From the NCBI RefSeq assembly GCF_003018255.1, contig NZ_CP027440.1: 64,000 bases of DNA; one strand, written 5' to 3'. The stretch is from Escherichia coli (GTDB lineage Bacteria > Pseudomonadota > Gammaproteobacteria > Enterobacterales > Enterobacteriaceae). This document shows positions 1 through 12,086 of this stretch, in pieces. The notes below the pieces were generated by a model. That model ran no database searches. It was not told the DNA's origin and saw only the letters and a list, made by a program, of their open reading frames with translations. How positions within the stretch are numbered: position 1 is the first letter of the stretch; each line of letters opens with the position of its first letter. A program made the translations under genes and the position numbers.

Positions 1-296
1 GCTGCCTGCTAATCGTCGATCTAAAAGTGGGCAAATTCAGCTATAGCGATGCCGGACAGATGAATATGTATCTCAACTACGCCAAAGAGCACTGGACACT
101 ACCGGATGAAAATCCGCCCATCGGTCTGGTTCTCTGTGCAGAGAAAGGAGCCGGCGAAGCGCATTATGCACTGGCTGGTTTGCCTAACACCGTTCTGGCG
201 AGTGAATATAAGATGCAACTACCTGATGAAAAACGACTCGCGGATGAACTCGTTCGAACACAGGCGGTGTTAGAGGAAGGCTATAGACGCCGTTAA
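1..296 (+). CDS. yhcG: 3' fragment of YhcG-like protein (DUF1016 / PDDEXK nuclease-like family); 5' end lies outside the window
   Basis: Track ORF 27..296 is open to the window edge; C-terminal sequence recognised as E. coli YhcG; sits immediately upstream of yhcH-nan as in K-12. Confidence 0.6.
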   Translation, partial: CLLIVDLKVGKFSYSDAGQMNMYLNYAKEHWTLPDENPPIGLVLCAEKGAGEAHYALAGLPNTVLASEYKMQLPDEKRLADELVRTQAVLEEGYRRR

Positions 297-355
297 TTTC
301 AGCGGTTTCGAATTCTCCAGACACTGTCTGGAGAATCTTTAAAACGAACTAAGTT

Positions 356-1688
<1,333 letters not shown>

Positions 1689-1692
<4 letters not shown>

Positions 1693-2378
1693 AGCACCGC
1701 CTTTTTCATCGCTGTGTTGTACCACTGACAAATGTGTTCAAGACGCGTAATGGCAGAACCGACCGTCACCGCCCACGCGCCGTGGCGCATCGCATCTGCC
1801 GCCTGAGCAGGCGTGTTGTAACGCCCTTCGGCAATCACCCGACATCCGGCGTCGCTCAACGTTTTCACCAGCGCCAGATCCGGCTCTTCTGGCGTTTCAG
1901 GCGTGGTATAGCCAGAAAGCGTAGTGCCAATAATTTCGGCTCCCAGCTTTTGGCATGCCAGGCCGTCTTCCGGCGTTGAGCAGTCGGTCATCGCCAGTAA
2001 ACCGTGATGGTGAATACGTGCCAGCAGCGTTTCAACAGGCACCGGACGCGGTCGGTCGGTGCCGTCAATGGCGATAATGTCCGCGCCCGCCTGCGCCAGC
2101 GCATCAACATCTTCAATATAGGCCGTGATGCGTACCGGAGAATCCTCCAGATCGCGTTTCACAATCCCGATAATTGGCACGCTCACCACCGCACGCGTGG
2201 CTTGCAGATTTGCCACACCTTCAATGCGAATGGCAACCGCGCCCGCCTGTTCTGCCGCTAATGCCATGGCGGCGACGATTTCGGGTTTATCGAGCGGGCT
2301 GTCCGGAACCGGCTGGCAGGAGACAATCAGGCCACCGTTAGCAGCGATTTTTTGATCCAGTTGTGCAAGTAACGACAT
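1689..2378 (-). CDS. nanE: N-acetylmannosamine-6-phosphate 2-epimerase
   Basis: Trimmed to [12 protein letters not shown]... (229 aa); matches E. coli NanE. Confidence 0.9.
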
Positions 2379-2425
2379 ACATCTTCCCTTAGCGAAAGGC
2401 CCGGTACAGAGACCGGGCAACAGGA

Positions 2426-3916
2426 TTAACTTTTGGTTTTGACTAAATCGTTTTTGGCGCGGCCAAATGGCACGGCACCGCTAAATGGTTTGCCGTCGAT
2501 AGCGTCATGAGTACGCAATGCTTCCGGGCGCAGCCAACGCTGAACGCGGGAAGGCATATCCAGACCAATCAGCAGGATCACCACAAATGTCAGACTGAAC
2601 GAGAGCGATGCCAGCGCAGTACCCAGATCCAGACGTTGAGCGATCAACGCGCCGATGATTGGGGCCAGTGCACCGCCCAATGCGCCGACGTTGTAGGTAA
2701 AGCCCAGGCCCGCTGCACGCTGGTCGGTATCGAAATAACCGCCAATCAGTTTCGGTAAGATCCCGGCGATCCCTTGTCCAAGCATTTGCTGGAAGAACAG
2801 TAACAGACCGAGCACCCAGACGTTTGCGCCGCCAATCGCAAATACCGGAATAATCAGCAGCTGCGAGGCCAGCAGACTACAAACGTACGCTTTGCGGGTT
2901 CCCAGCCAGTCACCGAGGAAGCCACCGACGCAGCACCCCACCGCCGCGCCAAAGCCACTAAAGAACAGCACATTGGCGACAGTATGCGGGTCATAAGCCA
3001 GATCGGTTTTCAGATACGTTGGCAGCAGCGCCTGAATCGGCCATGAGTAGAGGAAAGCAAACAACACGACCACCATCAGCATTACGCCCGTTGGCCAGCG
3101 TTTGCCCGTACTCTGCACCATAAAGCTGATAAAGATTGCGGCGCATAACAGCCCGAGTACAGCGACGATTGCGGCATTTTGCAGGTTACCGGCGAAGCAG
3201 AACCACAGCGCAGTAGCCGCCGCCAGCGTCATTACGATATTGGCAATGCGATGTTCACCACGGTAAAGAATGTCTACCATCGTGCGTACTGGTGCTTTAC
3301 CCCCGTGTTTCTCTTTCCAGTCTTCCGCTTCCGGGATGTTTTTACGCAGCCAGAGAGCAAAGATGATTGGCAAAATGCCGATAAAGAACAGCGCTCTCCA
3401 GCCCCAGACCGGAACCACCAGACTATAGACCTGAGCGGCAACGACGGCCCCCACAGAGAAGCCTGAAATCAAAAAACCACTGGCTTTGTTACGCAGATGT
3501 TTTGGCCAGCTTTCAATGACATAGGTGGCGCTGGAACCGTATTCACCCGCCATCCCCATGCCGATGACCAGACGCGCGATAAACATGGTGATGTAGCCTG
3601 GCGCAAAGCCGCAGGCCAGCGTCCCGGCCGAGAAGAGAACGATGCTGGTGACCATTGCCAGACGACGCCCGTAGCGGTCACCCATAGCGCCGAGCATCAG
3701 GCCGCCGAACCAGCGAGAGATAAAGGCTGCGGAGATCAGACTTGCCGCCTGCACCGTCGTCAGCCCGAATTCACCCTGTACTTCGGTGAGTACCAGGGCG
3801 ATTAAAACGAAATCAAAACCGTCAAGCAGATATCCCAACCAGGCAGCGGAAAATGCGCGCCATTGTGCACGGTTGAGATGGCGATACCACGGGATATTCT
3901 GGGTTGTAGTACTCAT
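2426..3916 (-). CDS. nanT: Sialic acid transporter (MFS)
   Basis: Trimmed to [14 protein letters not shown]... (496 aa); matches E. coli NanT. Confidence 0.9.
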
Positions 3917-3986
3917 TGTGAGTCTCCCGCGGTGGGCGATGCCCACACGCTTTGGTATGAAAATTGTAGGGTACAGATGCGTTTAT

Positions 3987-4018
3987 TTCCCCTCACCCGG
4001 TAGGGGCGAGCGAGGGGA
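3987..4018. repeat. GC-rich imperfect palindrome TTCCCCTCACCC...GAGCGAGGGGA between nanA and nanT (copy 1 of 2)
   Basis: Inverted arms CCCCTC / GAGGGG read directly; near-identical ends to the element at 21836..21869. Confidence 0.6.
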
Positions 4019-4025
4019 AAACAAC

Positions 4026-4919
4026 TCACCCGCGCTCTTGCATCAACTGCTGGGCCAGCGCCTTCAGTTCTGGCAGATATTTTTCATCTACCGGTCCAAA
4101 CGGTTTGCGGCACAGCGGCACAGAAACGACATCCATATAATGCAGGACAGTTTTCAGGCCGCGGAATACGCCCGTTTTGATCAGTAAATCAATGACTTTG
4201 TTGCACTCAGTTTGCAGTTTCTGCGCGGTCTGGATATCGCCTTCTTTCAGCGCCTTCACGATCCCCTGATATCGCCAGCCCATGATGTTGTAAGTACTGC
4301 CGATACCACCATCAGCGCCTGCCAGCAAGCCGGAAGCGAAGATTTCGTCGTAACCGTTATAGAGCACCAGATCAGGATGTTCACGACGGATCTGTTCCAT
4401 CTGATAGAGATCGCCAGAAGTCTGTTTCAGCGCACCGACGCCAGGCAACGTAACCAGGGTGTTGATCTGATCCAGGGTCAGTTTTACCCCACTCAGGGCT
4501 GGAATGTTGTACACCACCATCGGCAAACCATCCGCCGAATCAATAATTGCCCGATAGTGATCGCAGTGTTCTTCAAAGCTGAAAGGATAGTAGAACGGCG
4601 TGACGGCGGAGACGGCATCGAAGCCATAACGTTTAGCCGATGCCGCAAGTTGTTGGCTTTCGGCGGTGCTGACGCAACCGACGTGGGCGATGAGTTTAAT
4701 CTTACCTTTCGCCTCTTCAGCGACGATTTCCAGTACCTGTTCACGCTCGGAAAGGCTTTGTACAAAGGCTTCGCCGGTAGAACCACCCACGTATAAACCG
4801 TCGATGCCCTGCTGAATATTGAACTGAACCAGGCGACGCAGACTCGCTTTATCCAGTGCTTGTTGTTGATCAAAAGGAGTCAGGAGTGCGGCCATTACGC
4901 CACGTAAATTCGTTGCCAT
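4026..4919 (-). CDS. nanA: N-acetylneuraminate lyase
   Basis: 297-aa ORF matches E. coli NanA ([16 protein letters not shown]...). Confidence 0.95.
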
Positions 4920-4954
4920 AAATACCTCTGAAGTGATGCTTATCTGATAAACGA

Positions 4955-4978
4955 TATACCTTTATACCTGTTATACCA
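4955..4978 (-). promoter_or_regulatory. NanR operator: three GGTATA repeats in the nanA promoter
   Basis: Plus strand reads TATACCtttTATACCtgtTATACC, i.e. GGTATA x3 on the nanA-sense strand; upstream of nanA start. Confidence 0.65.
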
Positions 4979-5040
4979 GATCAATTAAGCAACACCCCAT
5001 ACAGAAAGCTTATAATGCGATCTGCTTCACTAAAGTGGCA

Positions 5041-5832
5041 TTATTTCTTTTTGTTGGTGGTCTGACCGAAGGCGTGCCAGGTAGCAGAGACGCTGTTGAG
5101 ATGCGATTGCAACGCACGATCGGCTTCATCGGGATCGTGGCGGCGGATCGCGTCAACGATCGCAATATGCTGTTGATAGCTAACGTTGTTATGCTCGTGC
5201 AGAGCCTGATCAGCCACGGTTGGACGTGCGGCGATCAGCCAGTCGAGCAAGGCAACGTGGATCGCCATGAAGATTGGGTTACCGGGGATCTCCGCCAGCA
5301 CGCGGTGGAAATCAACGTCTGAACGAATGAATGCCGCGTTGTTATCCAGCGACTGACTGTTGATTTCCAGTGCTTTTGCCAGCAAATCGATTTGCTCATC
5401 GGTGGCGTGTTCAGCCGCATAGCGCACCAGGCTGGATTCAAAGAACAGACGTAATTGTTCGAAATGGGCAATCCCGCCAGGATGAGAAAGGAAATCTTTC
5501 GCCATGCCGGAAAGCTCGCCGATGATGGTGTCCGCAGAAGGACGTGAGACGCGAGCGCGTTCGCCGTTGTTTATCTGCACCAGACCTTTGCGTTTTAACG
5601 CTGCCAGCGCTTCGCGCACCGAAGGACGCCCGACGTTAAAGAACGCCATCAGTTCGCGTTCAGACGGTAATTGTTCACCTTCGCCAAATTCACGACGGCG
5701 GATCATCTGTTCCAGCTCTTCTTCCACCATTTCGGAGAGTTTTTTACGCGCCAGCGGGCGGCTGCGTAAGTTGCGGCCAATTGCAGGTGAAGAATCTTCG
5801 GTTTGCGAATCAAATGCGTTCATAAGGCCCAT
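5041..5832 (-). CDS. nanR: GntR/FadR-family transcriptional repressor of the nan regulon
   Basis: 263-aa ORF matches E. coli NanR. Confidence 0.9.
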   Translation of the reverse strand: MGLMNAFDSQTEDSSPAIGRNLRSRPLARKKLSEMVEEELEQMIRRREFGEGEQLPSERELMAFFNVGRPSVREALAALKRKGLVQINNGERARVSRPSADTIIGELSGMAKDFLSHPGGIAHFEQLRLFFESSLVRYAAEHATDEQIDLLAKALEINSQSLDNNAAFIRSDVDFHRVLAEIPGNPIFMAIHVALLDWLIAARPTVADQALHEHNNVSYQQHIAIVDAIRRHDPDEADRALQSHLNSVSATWHAFGQTTNKKK

Positions 5833-6211
5833 TCTGTAAGGTCAGTGTGATTAACATCATCAGTGACATCCTATCACAGGATTGAAAGTAGGGGGAAATG
5901 GCGGGGTTTTCTCTTTGTGCCTCATCATTACTATAATTAACTGAATAATTAACTATTGCGAAAAATTAATGTAACGCAGATAAAAACATCCCGATTGAAT
6001 TATTCATAAGACTATTAACAAGTATTATGAATATTATGAATGTGTTCTTACAAAATAATCATAAGCGCATATTTTTTAATGAAAAATCACCTCATCTACA
6101 ATTAAAAACACGACATCCGCACCATAAATAGCCTTGCAAAAAATATAACATCATTGTTTTCAATCTGCCGTTTATGGGATTGACCATTTTCTTTTGACAC
6201 GGAGTTCAACA

Positions 6212-7579
6212 ATGTTCGGCATAATTATATCTGTCATCGTATTAATTACGATGGGCTATTTGATCCTGAAAAACTACAAACCTCAGGTGGTGCTGGCTGC
6301 CGCAGGTATCTTCCTGATGATGTGCGGTGTCTGGTTAGGGTTCGGTGGTGTGCTCGATCCCGCCAAAAGCAGCGGCTACTTGATCGTCGATATTTATAAT
6401 GAAATCCTGCGCATGCTGTCCAACCGCATTGCTGGATTGGGGCTGTCGATTATGGCAGTGGGCGGTTATGCCCGCTATATGGAGCGCATAGGGGCAAGTC
6501 GCGCGATGGTGAGCTTGTTAAGCCGCCCGTTAAAACTCATTCGCTCGCCGTATATTATTCTGTCGGCAACTTACGTCATCGGCCAAATCATGGCGCAGTT
6601 TATTACCAGCGCCTCCGGTCTGGGTATGTTGCTGATGGTCACCTTATTTCCGACGCTGGTGAGTCTGGGAGTAAGTCGTCTCTCTGCGGTGGCGGTTATC
6701 GCAACCACCATGTCCATTGAGTGGGGGATTCTGGAAACGAACTCCATTTTTGCTGCCCAGGTCGCAGGAATGAAAATTGCCACTTACTTCTTCCACTACC
6801 AGCTTCCGGTCGCCTCTTGCATCATTATCTCGGTGGCGATCTCCCACTTTTTCGTGCAATGCGCTTTCGACAAAAAAGATAAAAATATCAATCACGAACA
6901 GGCAGAGCAAAAAGCTCTCGATAATGTCCCGCCGCTCTATTACGCCATTTTACCGGTGATGCCGTTAATCCTGATGCTCGGCTCGCTGTTCCTTGCCCAC
7001 GTCGGGCTGATGCAGTCAGAACTGCATCTGGTGGTGGTGATGTTACTGAGTTTGACGGTGACGCTGTTTGTTGAGTTCTTCCGCAAGCATAACTTGCGCG
7101 AAACAATGGACGATGTGCAGGCGTTTTTTGACGGCATGGGTACGCAGTTTGCCAACGTGGTAACGCTGGTGGTCGCGGGTGAAATATTTGCGAAAGGCTT
7201 AACGACGATTGGCACTGTCGATGCGGTTATCAGGGGGGCGGAGCATTCTGGTCTGGGCGGTATTGGCGTGATGATTATTATGGCGCTGGTCATTGCCATT
7301 GGTGCCATTGTGATGGGCTCAGGCAATGCGCCGTTTATGTCATTTGCCAGTCTTATTCCGAATATCGCAGCCGGACTACATGTACCAGCGGTTGTAATGA
7401 TTATGCCGATGCATTTTGCCACGACGCTAGCGCGCGCTGTTTCGCCGATTACTGCGGTGGTGGTCGTTACGTCAGGAATTGCAGGCGTTTCGCCTTTTGC
7501 GGTAGTGAAGCGGACAGCGATCCCCATGGCAGTCGGTTTCGTGGTGAATATGATTGCCACTATCACGCTATTTTATTAA
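6212..7579 (+). CDS. dcuD: Putative anaerobic C4-dicarboxylate transporter (DcuC family)
   Basis: Trimmed to ATG at 6212 (GGAG 7 nt upstream) giving [10 protein letters not shown]...; matches E. coli DcuD. Confidence 0.85.
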   Translation: MFGIIISVIVLITMGYLILKNYKPQVVLAAAGIFLMMCGVWLGFGGVLDPAKSSGYLIVDIYNEILRMLSNRIAGLGLSIMAVGGYARYMERIGASRAMVSLLSRPLKLIRSPYIILSATYVIGQIMAQFITSASGLGMLLMVTLFPTLVSLGVSRLSAVAVIATTMSIEWGILETNSIFAAQVAGMKIATYFFHYQLPVASCIIISVAISHFFVQCAFDKKDKNINHEQAEQKALDNVPPLYYAILPVMPLILMLGSLFLAHVGLMQSELHLVVVMLLSLTVTLFVEFFRKHNLRETMDDVQAFFDGMGTQFANVVTLVVAGEIFAKGLTTIGTVDAVIRGAEHSGLGGIGVMIIMALVIAIGAIVMGSGNAPFMSFASLIPNIAAGLHVPAVVMIMPMHFATTLARAVSPITAVVVVTSGIAGVSPFAVVKRTAIPMAVGFVVNMIATITLFY

Positions 7580-7595
7580 GCGATTAAAAAGACAA

Positions 7596-7618
7596 AACAG
7601 GCCGCCAGGGCCTGTTTT
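7596..7618. terminator. Hairpin (CAGGCC/GGCCTG) flanked by A-run and T-run; likely bidirectional terminator for dcuD and sspB
   Basis: Stem-loop plus flanking runs read in sequence between convergent genes. Confidence 0.5.
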
Positions 7619-7622
7619 CATT

Positions 7623-8120
7623 TTACTTCACAACGCGTAATGCCGGTCGACCACCGCGTGGTGGCTGCGGAGGTTCATCGTCAGGATGAGTGTCATCATC
7701 GTGATCTGGCTTGTCGCCATCAATAACCGACATAACGGTTTCGTTGTCTGCCGATGCCTCTTCATCATTCATGATGCTGGCATCTTCATCGTAGGCAGCT
7801 TCAGGTTCAAACATCGTGCCTGCGCCATTTTCACGGGCGTAGATAGCCAGCACGGCAGCCAGCGGCACAGAAACCTGACGCGGAATGCCACCAAAGCGCG
7901 CGTTAAAGCGCACCTCATCATTCGCCAGTTCCAGATTGCCGACAGCTCGCGGCGCAATGTTGAGTACGATTTGCCCGTCACGCGCATATTCCATAGGAAC
8001 CTGCACGCCAGGGAGCGTCACATCCACCACCAGGTGCGGCGTGAGCTGGTTATCCAGCAACCACTCATAGAATGCACGCAGCAGATAGGGACGACGTGGT
8101 GTTAGCTGTGACAAATCCAT
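7623..8120 (-). CDS. sspB: Stringent starvation protein B (ClpXP adaptor)
   Basis: 165-aa ORF matches E. coli SspB. Confidence 0.9.
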   Translation of the reverse strand: MDLSQLTPRRPYLLRAFYEWLLDNQLTPHLVVDVTLPGVQVPMEYARDGQIVLNIAPRAVGNLELANDEVRFNARFGGIPRQVSVPLAAVLAIYARENGAGTMFEPEAAYDEDASIMNDEEASADNETVMSVIDGDKPDHDDDTHPDDEPPQPPRGGRPALRVVK

Positions 8121-8125
8121 ACAGA

Positions 8126-8764
8126 TTAACTCCGGCCCAGACGCATTTCACGTTCAGCTTCAGTTAAAGAAGCAAGGAAAGAGTCACGCTCAAAGACGCG
8201 GGTCATATAGCCTTTCAGCTCTTTCGCACCCGGGCCGCTGAACTCGATGCCCAGTTGCGGCAGACGCCACAGCAGAGGAGCAAGGTAGCAATCGACCAGG
8301 CTGAACTCATCGCTCAGGAAGTACGGCTTCTGACCGAAGACCGGCGCAATCGCCAGCAGTTCTTCGCGCAGTTGCTTACGTGCGGCATCGGCTTCAGAAG
8401 CTGAACCGTTGATGATGGTGTTCATCAGCGTGTACCAGTCTTTTTCGATGCGATGCATGTACAGACGGCTTTCACCGCGAGCTACCGGGTAAACAGGCAT
8501 CAGTGGCGGATGCGGGAAACGCTCATCCAGATATTCCATAATGATGCGAGATTCCCACAGGGTCAGCTCACGATCCACCAGGGTCGGAACGCTCTGATTC
8601 GGGTTGAGGTCAATCAGATCCTGAGGCGGATTGTCCTTTTCCACGTGTTCGATCTCGAAACTTACACCTTTCTCAGCCAGCACAATGCGGACCTGATGGC
8701 TATAGATGTCAGTAGGACCGGAAAACAGCGTCATTACCGAACGTTTGTTGGCAGCGACAGCCAT
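8126..8764 (-). CDS. sspA: Stringent starvation protein A (GST-like, RNA polymerase-associated)
   Basis: 212-aa ORF matches E. coli SspA. Confidence 0.95.
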   Translation of the reverse strand: MAVAANKRSVMTLFSGPTDIYSHQVRIVLAEKGVSFEIEHVEKDNPPQDLIDLNPNQSVPTLVDRELTLWESRIIMEYLDERFPHPPLMPVYPVARGESRLYMHRIEKDWYTLMNTIINGSASEADAARKQLREELLAIAPVFGQKPYFLSDEFSLVDCYLAPLLWRLPQLGIEFSGPGAKELKGYMTRVFERDSFLASLTEAEREMRLGRS

Positions 8765-9100
8765 GAAAACCTCCAGGTATAGTCAGAATTTTTACTGCTA
8801 CCAGCCACCAGGTGGCCAGTCAGAAGTTGTGTTACCCAGTAAGGAACGACTCTCTTTGTTCGAAAATCAAACAAAAAATGAGCAATACCCGACATTTGGG
8901 CAGAAAATTGGATGATAGTTTACCAGATTTTGCGACCTTTGTGGTGAGTCGATGCCGGAAATGGGGAAAAAGAGATGCGCTTTAGTCTGAAATAGTTGAC
9001 TTAGTCCCTTATTGGCGATGTGGTTTTTGTTTTACCTGTCTGTCAGGTGGCAGCAAAAAGCAACTTCCCATTTTTTACGCTGATGCAGATTTTAGCCATA

Positions 9101-9126
9101 AAAAAACCCGCCGAAGCGGGTTTTTT
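9101..9126 (-). terminator. Intrinsic terminator downstream of rpsI
   Basis: CCCGCttcgGCGGG hairpin followed by a T-run on the minus strand. Confidence 0.6.
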
Positions 9127-9158
9127 CGCAAATTGTTTTCTGCCGGAGCAGAAGCCAA

Positions 9159-9554
<396 letters not shown>

Positions 9555-9566
9555 CTATAATCCCGA

Positions 9567-10082
<516 letters not shown>

Positions 10083-10213
10083 CTACCCCTTCGAATAGCC
10101 TATGCCAGCACACAAAAAGTTTTGGGAAAAAAACTTTCTTGTAACGTGGGGTCGCAGGATTATAGAGAAGTCGGGGTCAAAGATCGACCCCTTTTTGTGA
10201 TTTGTGGCAGGTT

Positions 10214-11341
10214 TTAACCCGCCAAATGCTCGCGCTTCAGATACTCTTCGCTTTGCATCTCTTGCAGACGTGACAGGCAACGCTGGAACTCAAATTTCAG
10301 CCGCTCGCCCTGATAAATGTCATATAGCGGCACTTCTGCACTCACCACTAATTTGACATGGCGCTCGTAAAACTCATCCACCAGCGCAATAAAACGTCGC
10401 GCTTCGCTCTCCATCAACCGCGTCATAACTGGTACATCAAACAACATGACTGTGTGAAAGAGGCGTGAGAGCGCAATATAGTCATGCTGACTGCGGGCGT
10501 CGACGCACAGCGTAGTAAAAGAGACCGCCAGCGTCTGGTTCTCGACGCCCATTGTCGCCAGCGGCCGATGGTTGATTTCTAATGTCGGTGAATTTTCTCG
10601 TTTCGCCCCCGCCAGCGCCAACCATAGTTTATCCATTTGCGCCCGGGTTTCATCGTTGAGGGGCGAAAGCCACAGATGCGCCTGAGTGAGTGTACGCAGT
10701 CGATAATCAACACCAGCGTCCACGTTCATTACATCACAATGCTGTTTAATGGCATCGATTGCAGGCAAAAAACGCGCACGTTGTAGGCCATTTCGATAAA
10801 GTTCGTCCGGCGGAATATTTGACGTCGCTACCAGGGTAATACCGCGGGCGAACAGGGCTTTCATCAGACCGCCAAGTAGCATGGCATCGGTAATATCAGA
10901 AACAAAAAATTCGTCAAAACAGAGCACGTCAGTTTCTGCTTTAAAGCGATCGGCAATAATTTCCAGCGGATCGGTCTGCCCCTGCAAAGCAGTTAGCTCT
11001 TCATGTACCCGCAGCATAAAACGGTGAAAGTGCAGACGCTGTTTCCGCTCTCCCGGCAGGCTTTGATAGAAAAGGTCCATCAGCCAGGTTTTCCCGCGTC
11101 CTACACCGCCCCACATATATAAGCCACGCACTGGCGTATGCTTTGTGTCTTCGCGTTTACCCCACAGCTTACCGACCCGCGCCATTAGCCCACTCGTCCT
11201 GGGGGCTGGAGGCGTGCTATTGATGAGTTCCTGATAAATAATTTCCAGGCGGCTGACGGCCTCTTTTTGAACGTCGTCGGGTTGATGGCTGCCTTCATTG
11301 AGCGCCTTCAGGTATTGCGATGTTGGGGTAACGCTTTGCAT
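10214..11341 (-). CDS. zapE: Cell division ATPase ZapE (AFG1-like, formerly YhcM)
   Basis: 375-aa ORF with Walker A GVGRGKT; matches E. coli ZapE. Confidence 0.9.
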   Translation of the reverse strand: MQSVTPTSQYLKALNEGSHQPDDVQKEAVSRLEIIYQELINSTPPAPRTSGLMARVGKLWGKREDTKHTPVRGLYMWGGVGRGKTWLMDLFYQSLPGERKQRLHFHRFMLRVHEELTALQGQTDPLEIIADRFKAETDVLCFDEFFVSDITDAMLLGGLMKALFARGITLVATSNIPPDELYRNGLQRARFLPAIDAIKQHCDVMNVDAGVDYRLRTLTQAHLWLSPLNDETRAQMDKLWLALAGAKRENSPTLEINHRPLATMGVENQTLAVSFTTLCVDARSQHDYIALSRLFHTVMLFDVPVMTRLMESEARRFIALVDEFYERHVKLVVSAEVPLYDIYQGERLKFEFQRCLSRLQEMQSEEYLKREHLAG

Positions 11342-11534
11342 GATCTTATTGTTATTCCTTGAATAATCGGTGCGCCGTTGTTCACGGTTGACGAAAAAAA
11401 GGCCGTTCTACACTACGCGATATGCAGTCGGGATTCCACTTCTGTGGAATTAACGGTTATAGTGGCATAATCAGCCGCAGGCATGGAGCCTGAAGCCAAC
11501 ACCCTACGGAAACAAAAGACAACGGGAGATGTTC

Positions 11535-11933
11535 ATGACCTGGGAATATGCGCTAATTGGGTTAGTCGTCGGCATCATTATTGGTGCTGTGGCCATGCGT
11601 TTTGGTAATCGTAAACTACGCCAGCAACAGGCGTTGCAGTACGAACTGGAAAAGAATAAAGCTGAACTGGACGAGTATCGCGAAGAGCTGGTTAGCCACT
11701 TTGCCCGCAGCGCGGAATTACTGGATACCATGGCGCACGACTATCGCCAGCTGTATCAACACATGGCGAAAAGCTCCAGCAGCCTGCTGCCGGAACTGTC
11801 TGCTGAAGCAAACCCGTTCCGTAATCGTCTGGCAGAGTCTGAAGCCAGCAACGATCAGGCACCGGTGCAAATGCCTCGCGACTATTCTGAAGGCGCATCC
11901 GGCCTACTGCGTACTGGCGCGAAGCGCGACTAA
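11535..11933 (+). CDS. zapG: Inner-membrane cell-shape/division protein ZapG (formerly YhcB)
   Basis: Trimmed to ATG at 11535 (GGGAG 6 nt upstream) giving MTWEYALIGLVVG... Confidence 0.85.
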   Translation: MTWEYALIGLVVGIIIGAVAMRFGNRKLRQQQALQYELEKNKAELDEYREELVSHFARSAELLDTMAHDYRQLYQHMAKSSSSLLPELSAEANPFRNRLAESEASNDQAPVQMPRDYSEGASGLLRTGAKRD

Positions 11934-12086
11934 TTTATTTTTCGGGCGCAGCCATTGCGCCCTCCTCTTCTCTCCCTCCCCGACTATCATTTAATCTGGT
12001 GTCTCATTGTTAGCCGTCTGAAAATTCAATAACATCAAACTGTTTTGAATCTCTTTTCTTATCATTCAGGTACGAGAGTAGGAATA

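Noticed and set aside
10171-10197. Terminator-like hairpin GGGGTCaaagatcGACCCC plus T-run on the plus strand, upstream of rplM
   Set aside because: No plus-strand gene ends here; it lies in the rplM promoter/zapE 3' region, and I could not decide whether it is a zapE-related structure, a promoter element or chance.
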